This document shows, one piece after another, positions 10,501-18,823 of a DNA stretch of 64,000 nt. The notes beneath the pieces were generated by a model that was given only the letters and a program-made list of their open reading frames with translations, had not been told where the DNA came from and did not search any database. The stretch's first letter is position 1, and each line of letters starts with the position of its first letter. This DNA is from an uncultured Butyrivibrio sp. (lineage in GTDB: Bacteria; Bacillota; Clostridia; Lachnospirales; Lachnospiraceae). Both the position numbers and the translations under genes were made by a program. The stretch is from the NCBI GenBank assembly GCA_946623755.1, contig CAMORK010000001.1, positions 67,674 to 131,673 of the forward strand. Direction: 5' to 3'.

Positions 10501-12718
10501 CACTGCCTTCCTTACCTGTGACTTTACCGTCTTCTGCTGTTTCAATTCCGACGCCCTCAAGTTTGGTTCCGTTTACAGTGCCTGAAAGAGCTGCGCCATC
10601 TATTACCATGATGACTTTATCGCCATCTTTAAGCTCTTTAGCCTCTTTGCCTGCTTCTACAGTATCGTCATCCTCTGTCTCACCCTCAACAAATTCAGGA
10701 AGAGTGTATGCTGAGAGTATATAGTTATCTTTATTATCTGTTCCTGCAAGATAACTGTATGCAGTGAAAAGATTTTTGAAGAGCTCTAAATACTGAGACT
10801 TATCAATATTATTCCTGTTGTCGTGGTAAAGAGCATTTACATTCTTTACAAGGAATGAACCATCCTCTTCAGGCTCAAATGTCCATAGGCTGTAATCATT
10901 CTTGTCAGTCTCAAATGTGAGGCTGTTTCCTGTAGCACCTGTTGTAAGGTATTTGATCTGTGTCGCGGTTGTCAGATTGTCATTCTCTATAACAGGAAAC
11001 TCTGATGTAATGTAGTACTGACCCTCAGTCTCACCCTTTACAAGAGAAAGCTTTGCAAAAGGAGCTGCTTCATCGCTGTAAGTCAGATGACCGTCTTCAT
11101 TGACTGCAACTGCTGCCGGCTCAAGTTTAATATTTCCTTTATTATCAGGCTCAGAAGCAGTAACAGACATTGCCTTATCACTTCCAAAAGTCATCACAAA
11201 CTTCTGATCTTCTGAAAGCCTGGTAACGTCAGTGATCCTGGATCCTGCAAAAAGCTCATATTTAAACTCTGCAACATCGCTCTTTTCGCCATTAAGTTCA
11301 GCGTAAGCATAGAGAGTTCCATCCTTAGTGATCTCAACAGCCTTCTCGTAATCTTTGAAGTTCTCTCCATCGAAGCTGTACTTGATTGTTGCGCCTTCTG
11401 TTACGCAAGCAAGTTCAACCTTATCGCCGAACTCAACCTTGGAGTCGCTCTCTACTGATGCTGTAGGAGCTGCGATAGAAGAAGTTGCACTCGCAAAATA
11501 GAAATCTACATAACATAATTTCTTATTGCTGGCATTATTTGTAAGAACAGAAAACGAATTGTTCTTACATGAGAGGTATTGATACTTGTTATTATTCGAA
11601 AGAACTGTATTACTTCTTACATTGAAGTGACCTGAGTCGGCATTCTCTAATACCCACTTACCACAATCAGTATCATCTGAAGACACCTCATCTGCGAAAA
11701 CAAGCCCCTGTGAAGTTGCAGATGGAGTAGCAAGATATTTGCCTTCATCATTTTTGAATGCATAATAATCCCCTAAAGCCTCAACAGTAAATACTGCTGC
11801 TCCGTCATATGAAGTCACAACTCCGTCAGATACAGTTATCTCAACTGAATCCAGTTTTGTATTTGAAGCGGTATTCTTGGTGAGTGCTCTGTTACCAACT
11901 GTAATGATAACCGTATCACCGTTGCTTAAACTGTCTGCTTTTTTGCCGTTGTCATCTGCTCCCTTAGAAGCTCTCATCAAAGAAAACTCTTCAACTGCCT
12001 CTTTTGCCGGAAACTCAAACTTAATCCTGTCACCGTCAACAGCATCCATAGTATCCGAGTCATAGCTTGCATAAGCCCAGATCACAGTGTCCTGTGTTGT
12101 ATCGATGCTGATCCTGTCGTCATATATTGTATATCCGGCATCACCGGCTTCATTGATTGAATAGTAGATGGTTGAACCCTCAACATCACAGGTAAGGGTA
12201 ACATAGCCATCCTCCAGGGTGGCATTAACAACGAGGTTTACTGTTTCATCTGATGCAGTCTCTGCAGCACCGGCGTCAGCAGTATCCTCAGATACTGTCT
12301 GTGTGCCTGCTGTGCCGGCTACATCAGCTGTGTCTGCTGTATTAGCTGTATTAGCTGAATTGGCTGTATCAGCTGTACCGGCCGCATCATCAGATGTATT
12401 CTGAGCGTCATTCTCCCCATTATTTTCATTCGCATCCTCGGAAGTATCATCTTCGTTTGCTGCATCTGTCGCAACAGTTGATGATCCTCCTGAAGCATTG
12501 TCTGTAGCAGCATCTGCAGTGCTCATCTCTGTTGATGCAGTGCTCATCTCTGTTGATGCAGTGCTCATTTCTGTTGATGCACTGTTCGCAGCTTCTACAG
12601 TCTGTTCGATAGCTGTGGGCTCACTTGCCTCTGCAACTAAAAAAGCATTTCCGAATGTAGAGGACACAATCAGAAATGCTGTTACAAAGGACAATAATCC
12701 CCTGGTCGCGCGTTTCAT
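4583..12718 (-). CDS. 2711-aa cell-surface protein: Fn3-associated/CHB-HEX-C modules, four beta-rich repeats, PHP (CehA/McbA-like) metallo-phosphoesterase, OB folds, PEPGTE linker, C-terminal membrane anchor
   Basis: Signal peptide; TEGATIKYS-type motifs; PHP motifs HAHTNISDG, ITDHSN, GHINTY, FNHPG, QDNH; OB-like VEGYVTSG..YIQDETAGI; hydrophobic C-terminus. Confidence 0.82.
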   Translation of the reverse strand: MKRATRGLLSFVTAFLIVSSTFGNAFLVAEASEPTAIEQTVEAANSASTEMSTASTEMSTASTEMSTADAATDNASGGSSTVATDAANEDDTSEDANENNGENDAQNTSDDAAGTADTANSANTANTADTADVAGTAGTQTVSEDTADAGAAETASDETVNLVVNATLEDGYVTLTCDVEGSTIYYSINEAGDAGYTIYDDRISIDTTQDTVIWAYASYDSDTMDAVDGDRIKFEFPAKEAVEEFSLMRASKGADDNGKKADSLSNGDTVIITVGNRALTKNTASNTKLDSVEITVSDGVVTSYDGAAVFTVEALGDYYAFKNDEGKYLATPSATSQGLVFADEVSSDDTDCGKWVLENADSGHFNVRSNTVLSNNNKYQYLSCKNNSFSVLTNNASNKKLCYVDFYFASATSSIAAPTASVESDSKVEFGDKVELACVTEGATIKYSFDGENFKDYEKAVEITKDGTLYAYAELNGEKSDVAEFKYELFAGSRITDVTRLSEDQKFVMTFGSDKAMSVTASEPDNKGNIKLEPAAVAVNEDGHLTYSDEAAPFAKLSLVKGETEGQYYITSEFPVIENDNLTTATQIKYLTTGATGNSLTFETDKNDYSLWTFEPEEDGSFLVKNVNALYHDNRNNIDKSQYLELFKNLFTAYSYLAGTDNKDNYILSAYTLPEFVEGETEDDDTVEAGKEAKELKDGDKVIMVIDGAALSGTVNGTKLEGVGIETAEDGKVTGKEGSVVLTVEKTDDYVAFKYLADEEAGTYKYLTAPEGGAQGLLFADELTDLSKWTLEEQTSGGFYVKNNTAVYTDKNGNTNAQYIEIYKNLFTVYSLGNGGVNFLTKFYYAGTSEDDEANTVGKLLTRTFNPGDMVVAYHPTSGKVMSSTAENGGLKGIDLKPSEEGVLDIKDTDAVVLTVSVDDDGNYVFKTEDGKFLSIVKETKTQADGKTKDYINLVLTDEAVEGSTWVEAAADENNAGNFYLKSTTVKVGSSVQAFEYYNGDFKAYGFKEDPAYIFNFYAVKEGESTAKLEYDNETSLAVAQWAGNAHYNEVEDSDKYIYGDLFKTDDMLDKNAKFTAVVGGNVSKPWTDAKSTTTGSTSYYMGSTGVISESDYMELSFPSTGYGNMSLALRMRASNTAAGAFQLQYSTDGENFKNLKNGTYSYKYTAYKKTGETDENGKAITEPFEVSGSGDITDGIARTSLAPTYYVTFTFEIPNAAADAENVKIRLVPTGGLSAKGDKAPGSGGVIRMDSVKVTGNPVVDSSVTALVKADPASGEIGLKQEIVLSTATDGAEIFYSVNGGEFVKYEDGAKIQFTELPATISTYAVKEGLKKSITVNYQYTQAQVAAVKANPNGGAVFADQYVSFKTATEGAIILYRFRTAEEIAKDTETTTNEPATEGAETEPAEEEQHDDWILCSGSIKLENLPCEIQVKAVLEGYKDSPVSTLKFTKRLNDRYNVYFGQIHAHTNISDGAGSLEDALKHASNVDNLDYIVITDHSNSIDNEKESKITENVDKSANDEWTYAHNLVKQYSTDDFTCAYGYEMTWSNGLGHINTYNTPGFQSRTQTEYSTYATALQNYYAALRTVPDSISQFNHPGTTFGDFSDFAYYSEENDNLITMIEVGNGEGTIGSSGYFPSYEYYTRALDKGWHVAPTNNQDNHKGKWGDANTARTVMLADTNDEDAIYDAMRNYRIYATEDNDLYIYYTLEGNIMGSILEKDAVGDHLAIKADIKDPTDGSIGKVQVIVNGGKSIDEKTVDESEATVEFTVPSHYSYYYLKITQKDGNIAVTAPVWVGSVEACGINSTYTNTVLPVAGEPIDVNVDLYNNESKDLVISDIEIQLSDVDGKKTPVAKVTGEEAEITSVAPKGTATYKTDFVYDQAGKVTYEVTVNAVLGGVEKTYTDKLTVDYTVPEMVANVIIDGTHYNDYVTGYYGGNMSAFISICASKNIRAQVATTEITPETLENCALLVLSAPAKKSGTANAGNYSVSHYSDEFIAMVRDYVANGGSVIVCGLADYSDTADGQTATEQNKLLEAIGSTISMGSDEVCDDTNNGGQVYRMYPTTYNVDEAAGLFAGLRDGQKYSQYSGCSVNISNATATDFVDAAKWLVKGYDTTYSVDCKDASGNAREGSLTNGVKGAKNDNEGNVTFLATQHTKAGGDIYVAGGVFISDFEVKAEIDNADSLPFTNYTIINNILGGYTVELPVSTIAQARAGEMNQVFAVEGYVTSGTSNPDTTFFDTIYIQDETAGIDIFPYATAGLEIGTKVRITGFVAQYQGDMELKVLSARILDDEPYVWEPREVDTRTAMDYAALGGSLLKTSGKVTRVAEGADGNIEEFWLADGTGAEAAIFIDGYIKSGTTGDEGKAALNEFVKVGAEVSAIGVLYMHPEGDSDVSVPVFRVRNCDDIELIKEAPKPEPGTGSESGTGSEPGTETEPGTETEPGTETEPGTETEPGTETEPGTGTEPGTGTEPGTETEPGTETEPGTGTEPGTGTEPGTGIEPGTGSEPGTQIEPDSGTGNDSGTQIEPGTGSGDDSGSSDEGGNSGSGSSDSGSSSGDSAPQSPVQRVLGAVKQTVGSVVNTVTDGVKNLAGKIFGRSNKNNKATEPAKENATGSSEGEVVGSVTDIPDDQTALTETPEQQSGDQPAITEQTGDNKTDTIVEEATATSDKPESKARKAAKAAATTVVVTSGLGLAAIGIRKLLLLLHVIK
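5127..5470. repeat. Intragenic 18-bp tandem repeat encoding (EPGTET/EPGTGT)n
   Basis: More than 14 near-identical GTTCCGGG(T/C)TC(A/T)GT(C/T)(T/C)CT units. Confidence 0.95.
12515..12580. repeat. Intragenic 21-bp tandem repeat x3 (ASTEMST)
   Basis: GCAGTGCTCAT(C/T)TCTGTTGAT three times. Confidence 0.9.
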
Positions 12719-12947
12719 AATAAATCTCTCCCTTCAACAAAATTTCATTTTTATCCGGTCCCCACCAAATAAAATTTCGAGTAGAAGAATCGTACCAATA
12801 TAGCACGTGTTATGTCAACTAAAAACCGTGTATCAAAAACAAGCTTCAGCCCCAGTATTCATGCGGCATTTACGAATACTCGTTTCTCAAACCCGCCAAC
12901 CACGCGACCAAAATTTTTTATATTTTTTTTATATTTTTTTCATAAAA

Positions 12948-13838
12948 TCACTGCAATACTTTTTCAATAAAATTTTTCACATAATTCCTGTAAGCATCAG
13001 TACCTGCGAGTACGGACTCTGCATGCCCCGCTCCGGGAATTGTATAGAACTCAGCATATCCGGCTGTAGCATTTTTCATATCTTCGGAATTCTTGGGAAG
13101 AATAAAATCATCATTTGCACCGTGAATAAAGAGGATCGGTACAGTATTGTCAGATAATGAATCAATAGGCCTCATATCTTTTAACGCATAATGGAACCTT
13201 ATACGCGCACCAAAATCAGCTATATTAAACAGCCATGACGGAAGATGCCTGCTTACGTATGCACCTCTGATAACATTCTCGATATCAGAAAACCCGCAAT
13301 CAGCCACGGCAAAATCCACCTTTGGCTTGTACTTCATGACAGTTGCAGTTGTCGCAGCTCCAAGAGACTCTCCGTGAAGTCCCAGCACAGTCATATCTGT
13401 GTATCTCTTTCTGCTATCCTCTATCATCTTTAACAGGTCTTTTGCCTCAAGAATTCCGTATGAAGTAAAGGCAGGAGCATTCATTCCGTGTCCGCGAAGA
13501 TCATACAGGATACAGTTAAATCCATAGTCCAGATACATCTTCACATACTTAAGATCTCCATTCCTGTTGTCTGTATAGCCATGTGAGATAAGCATATATT
13601 TTGTTGTTTCTACAGGATTTTTCAGAAAATGTACATGCAGAATATATCCGCCATCACCCTCAACAGTATAATCCGTCTTCTCAAGCGGATCATAAAACGA
13701 AGTGTCATAGTGATCCTTCTGCCAGGCAAATGCCTCATCCAGGGTCTGCCTCTTTCCGGTCATTACATAGCCTGCCATCCACCAGGATAATGCAAGAAAT
13801 AAAACCGCTAAGATCAGAACAATACTTATAATGATCAT
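12948..13838 (-). CDS. Alpha/beta hydrolase (YqkD-like) with N-terminal anchor
   Basis: SHGY, YDLRGHG, nucleophile elbow GESLG, FIHGANDD, GAGH. Confidence 0.9.
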   Translation of the reverse strand: MIIISIVLILAVLFLALSWWMAGYVMTGKRQTLDEAFAWQKDHYDTSFYDPLEKTDYTVEGDGGYILHVHFLKNPVETTKYMLISHGYTDNRNGDLKYVKMYLDYGFNCILYDLRGHGMNAPAFTSYGILEAKDLLKMIEDSRKRYTDMTVLGLHGESLGAATTATVMKYKPKVDFAVADCGFSDIENVIRGAYVSRHLPSWLFNIADFGARIRFHYALKDMRPIDSLSDNTVPILFIHGANDDFILPKNSEDMKNATAGYAEFYTIPGAGHAESVLAGTDAYRNYVKNFIEKVLQ

Positions 13839-13865
13839 GGAAATTCCCCCTCTCCCAATACTTAT

Positions 13866-14810
13866 TTATGTCAAAAGATCTTTTGTCTTGGCCGTCAGCA
13901 TGTTCAAAACCCGCTTTTTATCAAGACTCCAGAGTGGTTCCACCAGAAGCTTTCTGGGACCGTCACCTGTCATTCTGTGTACCACGGTCTCCTTCGGCAA
14001 AAGAGCTATTGCCCTTGCCACAACATCAGTATACTCCTCCATGGACATAATATGGAAGTCTCCGGCACCGCTATTTACGTCGTCCATATATTCCTTATAC
14101 ATGTCTGCGCCTTTTAATATCTGCAGATTCTGGATCTTAATTCCATCCAATGCAGGCTCAAGCCCCGACAGGAACCTGACTGTATCAAGCATATCTTCTG
14201 TACTCTCTCCCGGAAGTCCGAAGATCACATGAACAATAACCGTGATCCCTGCCTGTTTAAGGCGCCTGTACGCATCTTCAAACACAGAAAGCTCATATCC
14301 GCGGCGGATCCTTTTTGCCGTCCTTTCATGGATGGTCTGAAGCCCCAGCTCTATCCAGACCGTTTTAACAGCCGAGAGCTCTTTTAACATATCCATAACT
14401 TCCGGCCCCAGACAATCCGGACGCGTTCCGAGAGAAAGCGCCACTATGTCTCTGCGACTTATGGCCTTTTTGTAAAGCTCTTTTAACCTGCTCACATCTC
14501 CATAGGTATTGGTGTAGGACTGAAAATAAGCGATGAACCTACCGGCATCAGTCTTGTTTCTGATCAGCGCCTTTGCCCTTTCTATCTGAGCATCAACGTC
14601 AAAAAACTCCGGTGCCATGCCTTTGTCCTGATCTCTTATAAAGTCAGGGCCCTGCGCAAATTCACCGGAGCCGCCCTCAGAGCAGAAACTACAGCCCCTG
14701 TATCCAAGCGTGCCATCCCTGTTTGGACAGGTGCAGCCCGAGGACAAAGAGAGCCTGTAGATCTTCTCGCCATATGTATTTTTTAAATAAGTTGATAATT
14801 TAACCGGCAT
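13866..14810 (-). CDS. TIGR01212 (YhcC/YtqA) family radical SAM protein
   Basis: CTCPNRDGTLGYRGCSFC, AYFQSYTNTY, GTRPDC, ELGLQTIHE. Confidence 0.92.
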   Translation of the reverse strand: MPVKLSTYLKNTYGEKIYRLSLSSGCTCPNRDGTLGYRGCSFCSEGGSGEFAQGPDFIRDQDKGMAPEFFDVDAQIERAKALIRNKTDAGRFIAYFQSYTNTYGDVSRLKELYKKAISRRDIVALSLGTRPDCLGPEVMDMLKELSAVKTVWIELGLQTIHERTAKRIRRGYELSVFEDAYRRLKQAGITVIVHVIFGLPGESTEDMLDTVRFLSGLEPALDGIKIQNLQILKGADMYKEYMDDVNSGAGDFHIMSMEEYTDVVARAIALLPKETVVHRMTGDGPRKLLVEPLWSLDKKRVLNMLTAKTKDLLT

Positions 14811-14817
14811 CGCGCAT

Positions 14818-16137
14818 TTAATTCGTGAGGTATTCTTCGAATCTCGATATGTCTTTTTCTGTTAAAAGAGCCTTTACAAGCACTCCATCTTCCTGATATT
14901 CGGTCATCTTCACAAGGCCGCGACTGTTCAGCTCTCCAATGATTGCACCTTCCTTGTATGGAAGAAGGAGCGTAGCCTCTGTCTCCTCTTCTGCAAACTT
15001 TTTGTCGATTACCTCTATCAGGGCATCGAGGCTGTGTTTGTCCTTGGCTGAAATGTAGACACGGTCAGCCCCGGTCCTCGGAAACTCGATAGGCAGACTA
15101 CCGCTTTCAATCTGCTCATCCTGTAAGATGTCTGACTTATTGAATACGTAGATTACCGGAATCTCTCCGGCTCCAATCTCCTTAAGCGTCTGCTGGGTGA
15201 CCTCCATATGATGCCTGTATTCCGGATCAGAGAAGTCAATTACCTCCAGCAAAAGATCTGCGAACTTCGCCTCCTCAATTGTTGAGCGAAAAGCCTTTAC
15301 AAGGTCATGAGGAAGATCGCTGATAAAGCCTACAGTATCTGTCAGAAGAAATGGTCTGTGATCCTTTGGTTCTATCTTTCTGACAGAGGTATCCAGCGTC
15401 GCAAAGAGCATGTCCTTTTCGAATACCTGCTTATCCTCGCTTCCCGAAACGCCGTACAGATCGATAAGTCCGTTTAATATAGTAGATTTGCCGGCATTGG
15501 TATATCCCACAAGAGCCACCTCAGGAAGTCCTGAGCGCATGCGTCTTCCTCTCTGGGTATCGCGTTCCTTGCGGATGCCTTCAAGATCCCTTCTAAGCTC
15601 AGCCATGCGGTGCTCAATGCGCCTTCTGTCCAGCTCAAGCTGTTTCTCACCCGAACCCTTGTTGGACAGTCTTCCGCTTCCGCCTCCCTGGCGGGAAAGA
15701 GATGTCCTCATATGCGCAAGTCTCGGAAGCATGTACTGAAGCTGCGCATATTCAACCTGAAGACAGGCCTCACGGGTCTTGGCTCTTCTGGCAAATATCT
15801 GAAGGATCAGTCCTGTCCTGTCGATGACCTCTGTATCCAGAGCCTTCTCGAGGTTTCTTGCCTGCATGGGCGAAAGAGCTCCATCCACAACCACAAGGTC
15901 AATGTCAAACATATCAAGGGATGCCGCAATCTCTTCCACTTTGCCGCTTCCGATATAAGTGCTGCGGTCGGGAGATGGCAGAGACTGAGTAACTGTCAGC
16001 GCAGCCTCAATGTCTATTGCCTTTACCAGCTCTTTTAACTCATCCATGGACCTTTCAAAGTCGGATGAACTTATTCCTGTATTAAGTCCCACCAGAACTG
16101 CTCTGGTGGGACGTGTCTGTGTTATGTTTTCTATCAT
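14818..16137 (-). CDS. hflX: GTPase HflX (extended-loop variant)
   Basis: DRTGLILQIFARRA, GYTNAGKST, LFATLD, DTVGFI, NKSD. Confidence 0.95.
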   Translation of the reverse strand: MIENITQTRPTRAVLVGLNTGISSSDFERSMDELKELVKAIDIEAALTVTQSLPSPDRSTYIGSGKVEEIAASLDMFDIDLVVVDGALSPMQARNLEKALDTEVIDRTGLILQIFARRAKTREACLQVEYAQLQYMLPRLAHMRTSLSRQGGGSGRLSNKGSGEKQLELDRRRIEHRMAELRRDLEGIRKERDTQRGRRMRSGLPEVALVGYTNAGKSTILNGLIDLYGVSGSEDKQVFEKDMLFATLDTSVRKIEPKDHRPFLLTDTVGFISDLPHDLVKAFRSTIEEAKFADLLLEVIDFSDPEYRHHMEVTQQTLKEIGAGEIPVIYVFNKSDILQDEQIESGSLPIEFPRTGADRVYISAKDKHSLDALIEVIDKKFAEEETEATLLLPYKEGAIIGELNSRGLVKMTEYQEDGVLVKALLTEKDISRFEEYLTN

Positions 16138-16175
16138 ATATTCACTCGTATTTCTATTTTTTATCTGAGTTAAAG

Positions 16176-17030
16176 TCAGATCATAGCAAAGTCCGGTGCC
16201 AGGCCCTTCTCATCTACCTTGCAGGTAAAGAGGCAACCGTCGTAATCCCCTGAGAGCTCATTGCCACTGGTCGTGATAAAGAGCTCATCAAAATTCTCAC
16301 CAAAGAAGCAGCAGGAAGATACGTGCTCTGCAGGAACTTCTACCATGGCAAGAAGTTCGCCGTTTTCTGAACTTCTCTTTTCTATTCGCCTTCCGCCCCA
16401 GACTGCGATCCAAAGATTGTCTTCGCTGTCTATGCACATTCCGTCCGGAACTCCGTCTTCTATATGGATCAGCTCCGTACGATTTGCTATATTTCCGGTC
16501 TTGAAATCGTAGTCATAGACAAAGACAGCATGATACTCGGAATCGGCAAAATAGAATTTCGTCCTGTCTGCACTCCACGCCATTCCGTTGGCAATTATGG
16601 TATCCGGCTGCATAAGTGCTACTCTTCCGTGTTCATTTCTGTAAAGATCACCCGAGGGCTCTATTCCCTCGCCTTCTGCCATGGATCCAAACCACAGCCT
16701 TCCTGCAGGGTCAGCCTTGGCATCATTGGAGCGATGGTATGTCTCATAGATGTCTTTCAGACTGCGATTTAAAGAGATCTCTTTTCCGTCATAGACATAG
16801 AGACCATCGGCTGCTGCAACCAGATATGAACCGGCTTTCTCGGCAGGAACGGCTGCTCCGATCTTCTGATCAAAGTCCACATGCTTCATCAGCCCGCCTG
16901 CTTCCATAATGTAGAGCTTACCTGCGATAATATCCACAAAGGAGCGGCACTTGGTTCTTGGATCATAGAACGGTGACTCGCCCAAAAGATATTTCGCATT
17001 TCCGAAAGGTTCTGCTTTATAGGTCTTCAT
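16176..17030 (-). CDS. SMP-30/gluconolactonase/LRE family protein
   Basis: LGESPFYD, SNDAKADPAGRLWFGSM, ANGMAWS, PDGMCID. Confidence 0.92.
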   Translation of the reverse strand: MKTYKAEPFGNAKYLLGESPFYDPRTKCRSFVDIIAGKLYIMEAGGLMKHVDFDQKIGAAVPAEKAGSYLVAAADGLYVYDGKEISLNRSLKDIYETYHRSNDAKADPAGRLWFGSMAEGEGIEPSGDLYRNEHGRVALMQPDTIIANGMAWSADRTKFYFADSEYHAVFVYDYDFKTGNIANRTELIHIEDGVPDGMCIDSEDNLWIAVWGGRRIEKRSSENGELLAMVEVPAEHVSSCCFFGENFDELFITTSGNELSGDYDGCLFTCKVDEKGLAPDFAMI

Positions 17031-17052
17031 AGGGATTGGCCCTCCTGCGTCA

Positions 17053-18090
17053 TCAGTTCACCCGGCGATTACCCGCCAGAACTTCACGATAATCCTCAAG
17101 ATTCTTGCGAAGGAGTGTCGGTATTTCAAGCTCGTACGGGCACTTGGAAAGACATGCTCCGCATCCTATGCACTCCTCAATCTTGTTCATCTCTGCCTGC
17201 CAGTGATCGGAAAGCCAGCTCTCGCTTGGTGCACGTCTCAGCATCAGCGACATACGGTTGCACTGGTTTATCTGAATGCCCACGGTACATGGCATACAGT
17301 ATCCGCAGCCTCTGCAGAAGTCGCCCATGAGTTCTTTTCTCTCGGATTCGATGAAAGTTTTCAGCTCATCATCAAGCTCAGGAGTTTCATTCATAAAGGA
17401 AAGCCACTCATCAAGCTCTTTTTCCTTCTGGATGCCCCAGATTGGAACCGCTCCGTCAAACTGACTGATATATGCCATTGCAGCCCTGGAGTTTGTGATA
17501 AGTCCGCCTGCGAGGCCCTTCATGCAGATAAAGCCCACGTTATTCTCATTGCACATCTTGATGAGGTCAGCCTCCTGGTCAGTAGCAAGATAGCTGAAAG
17601 GATATTGGACGGTCTCGTACAGCCCTGACTCTACCAGCTCTTTTGCAATGCCGATCTTGTGGGCTGTTCCGCCGATGTGTCTGATCTTGCCCTCCTCCTT
17701 GGCTCTTAACATGCACTCGTACATGCCTGTGCCGTCACCGGGCTTCCAGCACTGTCCCATGAGGTGGAATTGATAGATGTCAATGTAGTCGGTCTTGAGG
17801 TTATTAAGCGACATATCCAGCTGCTCCCAGAATTCTTCCGGTGTCTTGGCCGTGGTCTTGGTGGCGATTATTATCTCGTCTCTCTTTACATATCCGTCAC
17901 CAAAAGCAGCGCCTACCTTCTCCTCGCTGTCAGTATAAGCTCTTGCGGTATCAAAGAATCTCATTCCGCCGTCATAGGCTTTTCTGAGGATCCTGACTGC
18001 ATCCGCCAACGGGATCCTCTGGATCGGAAGTGCTCCAAATCCGTTCTGTGGTACGGTTATGCCTGTTCGTCCCAGTGTAATGTTCTTCAT
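17053..18090 (-). CDS. Aldo/keto reductase with C-terminal 4Fe-4S dicluster domain
   Basis: FFDTARAY, IATK, DYIDIYQFH; CRGCGYCMPC and CIGCGACLSKCP; start set at MKNIT behind RBS AGGGAG. Confidence 0.92.
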   Translation of the reverse strand: MKNITLGRTGITVPQNGFGALPIQRIPLADAVRILRKAYDGGMRFFDTARAYTDSEEKVGAAFGDGYVKRDEIIIATKTTAKTPEEFWEQLDMSLNNLKTDYIDIYQFHLMGQCWKPGDGTGMYECMLRAKEEGKIRHIGGTAHKIGIAKELVESGLYETVQYPFSYLATDQEADLIKMCNENNVGFICMKGLAGGLITNSRAAMAYISQFDGAVPIWGIQKEKELDEWLSFMNETPELDDELKTFIESERKELMGDFCRGCGYCMPCTVGIQINQCNRMSLMLRRAPSESWLSDHWQAEMNKIEECIGCGACLSKCPYELEIPTLLRKNLEDYREVLAGNRRVN

Positions 18091-18110
18091 AAAAAATCTC
18101 CTTCCGGATA

Positions 18111-18761
18111 TCAAACTATGTTTAAGGTGTCCGGTGTAACTTTGCATTTAAGATGCAGAACCTGAACTCCTGTGTTTACTGCCTCATTAAAGGCCCCCGC
18201 AAATTCAGGATCTGTCTCGACGTTTGGTTCAACGTGATCGATCCCTTCGCCCTGTATAACAAAGGCGATGATAGCCTTATAGCCTGCTTTCTGTGCCTGT
18301 GTCAGCTCTCGAAGGTGCCTTGCACCGCGCTCTGTAGGAGCATCGGGGAAAAGACCTGTTCCGTTTCTAAAGAGCGTACAGCCCTTTACTTCCATAAGAT
18401 ATTTATCGGAACCCTTCTCCATGTAAAAGTCTATTCTGGAGTCACCGTACTTGTGCTCGGGCTTTATCAGGTCGTATTCGCCAAGGCGCTCCAGATACTC
18501 TTTTACCACCTTGTTGGGTGCCTGGGAGTCGATGTTTATGATCTTGCCATCATGTTCAACTGCCACCAGGTCGTAAGGTGTCTTGCGCTCGGGATTCTGC
18601 GCTTTTTCAAGATATACTGCAGCTCCGGGAAGCAAAAGTTCCCTGCATCTGCCGGTGTTCTTGACGTGCACGGTGAGCTTTTTGCCTTCCAGCTCTACGT
18701 AAGCAATGAAGCGATTCGGGCGGGATATGAAATTGGCCTTAACTATGTTGTCATAGATCAT
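18111..18761 (-). CDS. sfsA: SfsA family DNA/RNA nuclease
   Basis: RPNRFIA, HVKNTGRCRELL, SRIDF, EVKGCTL, FPDAPTERGARHL. Confidence 0.93.
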   Translation of the reverse strand: MIYDNIVKANFISRPNRFIAYVELEGKKLTVHVKNTGRCRELLLPGAAVYLEKAQNPERKTPYDLVAVEHDGKIINIDSQAPNKVVKEYLERLGEYDLIKPEHKYGDSRIDFYMEKGSDKYLMEVKGCTLFRNGTGLFPDAPTERGARHLRELTQAQKAGYKAIIAFVIQGEGIDHVEPNVETDPEFAGAFNEAVNTGVQVLHLKCKVTPDTLNIV

Positions 18762-18823
18762 GGCGGGTCTCCGAAACTATGTGACACGTTCAATGGGAGT
18801 GCTGTTTTACCTGCCCTGCCGGC

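Noticed and set aside
12851-12880. AGTATTC..GAATACT hairpin upstream of the giant gene
   Set aside because: Single short copy in the window; no role can be supported.
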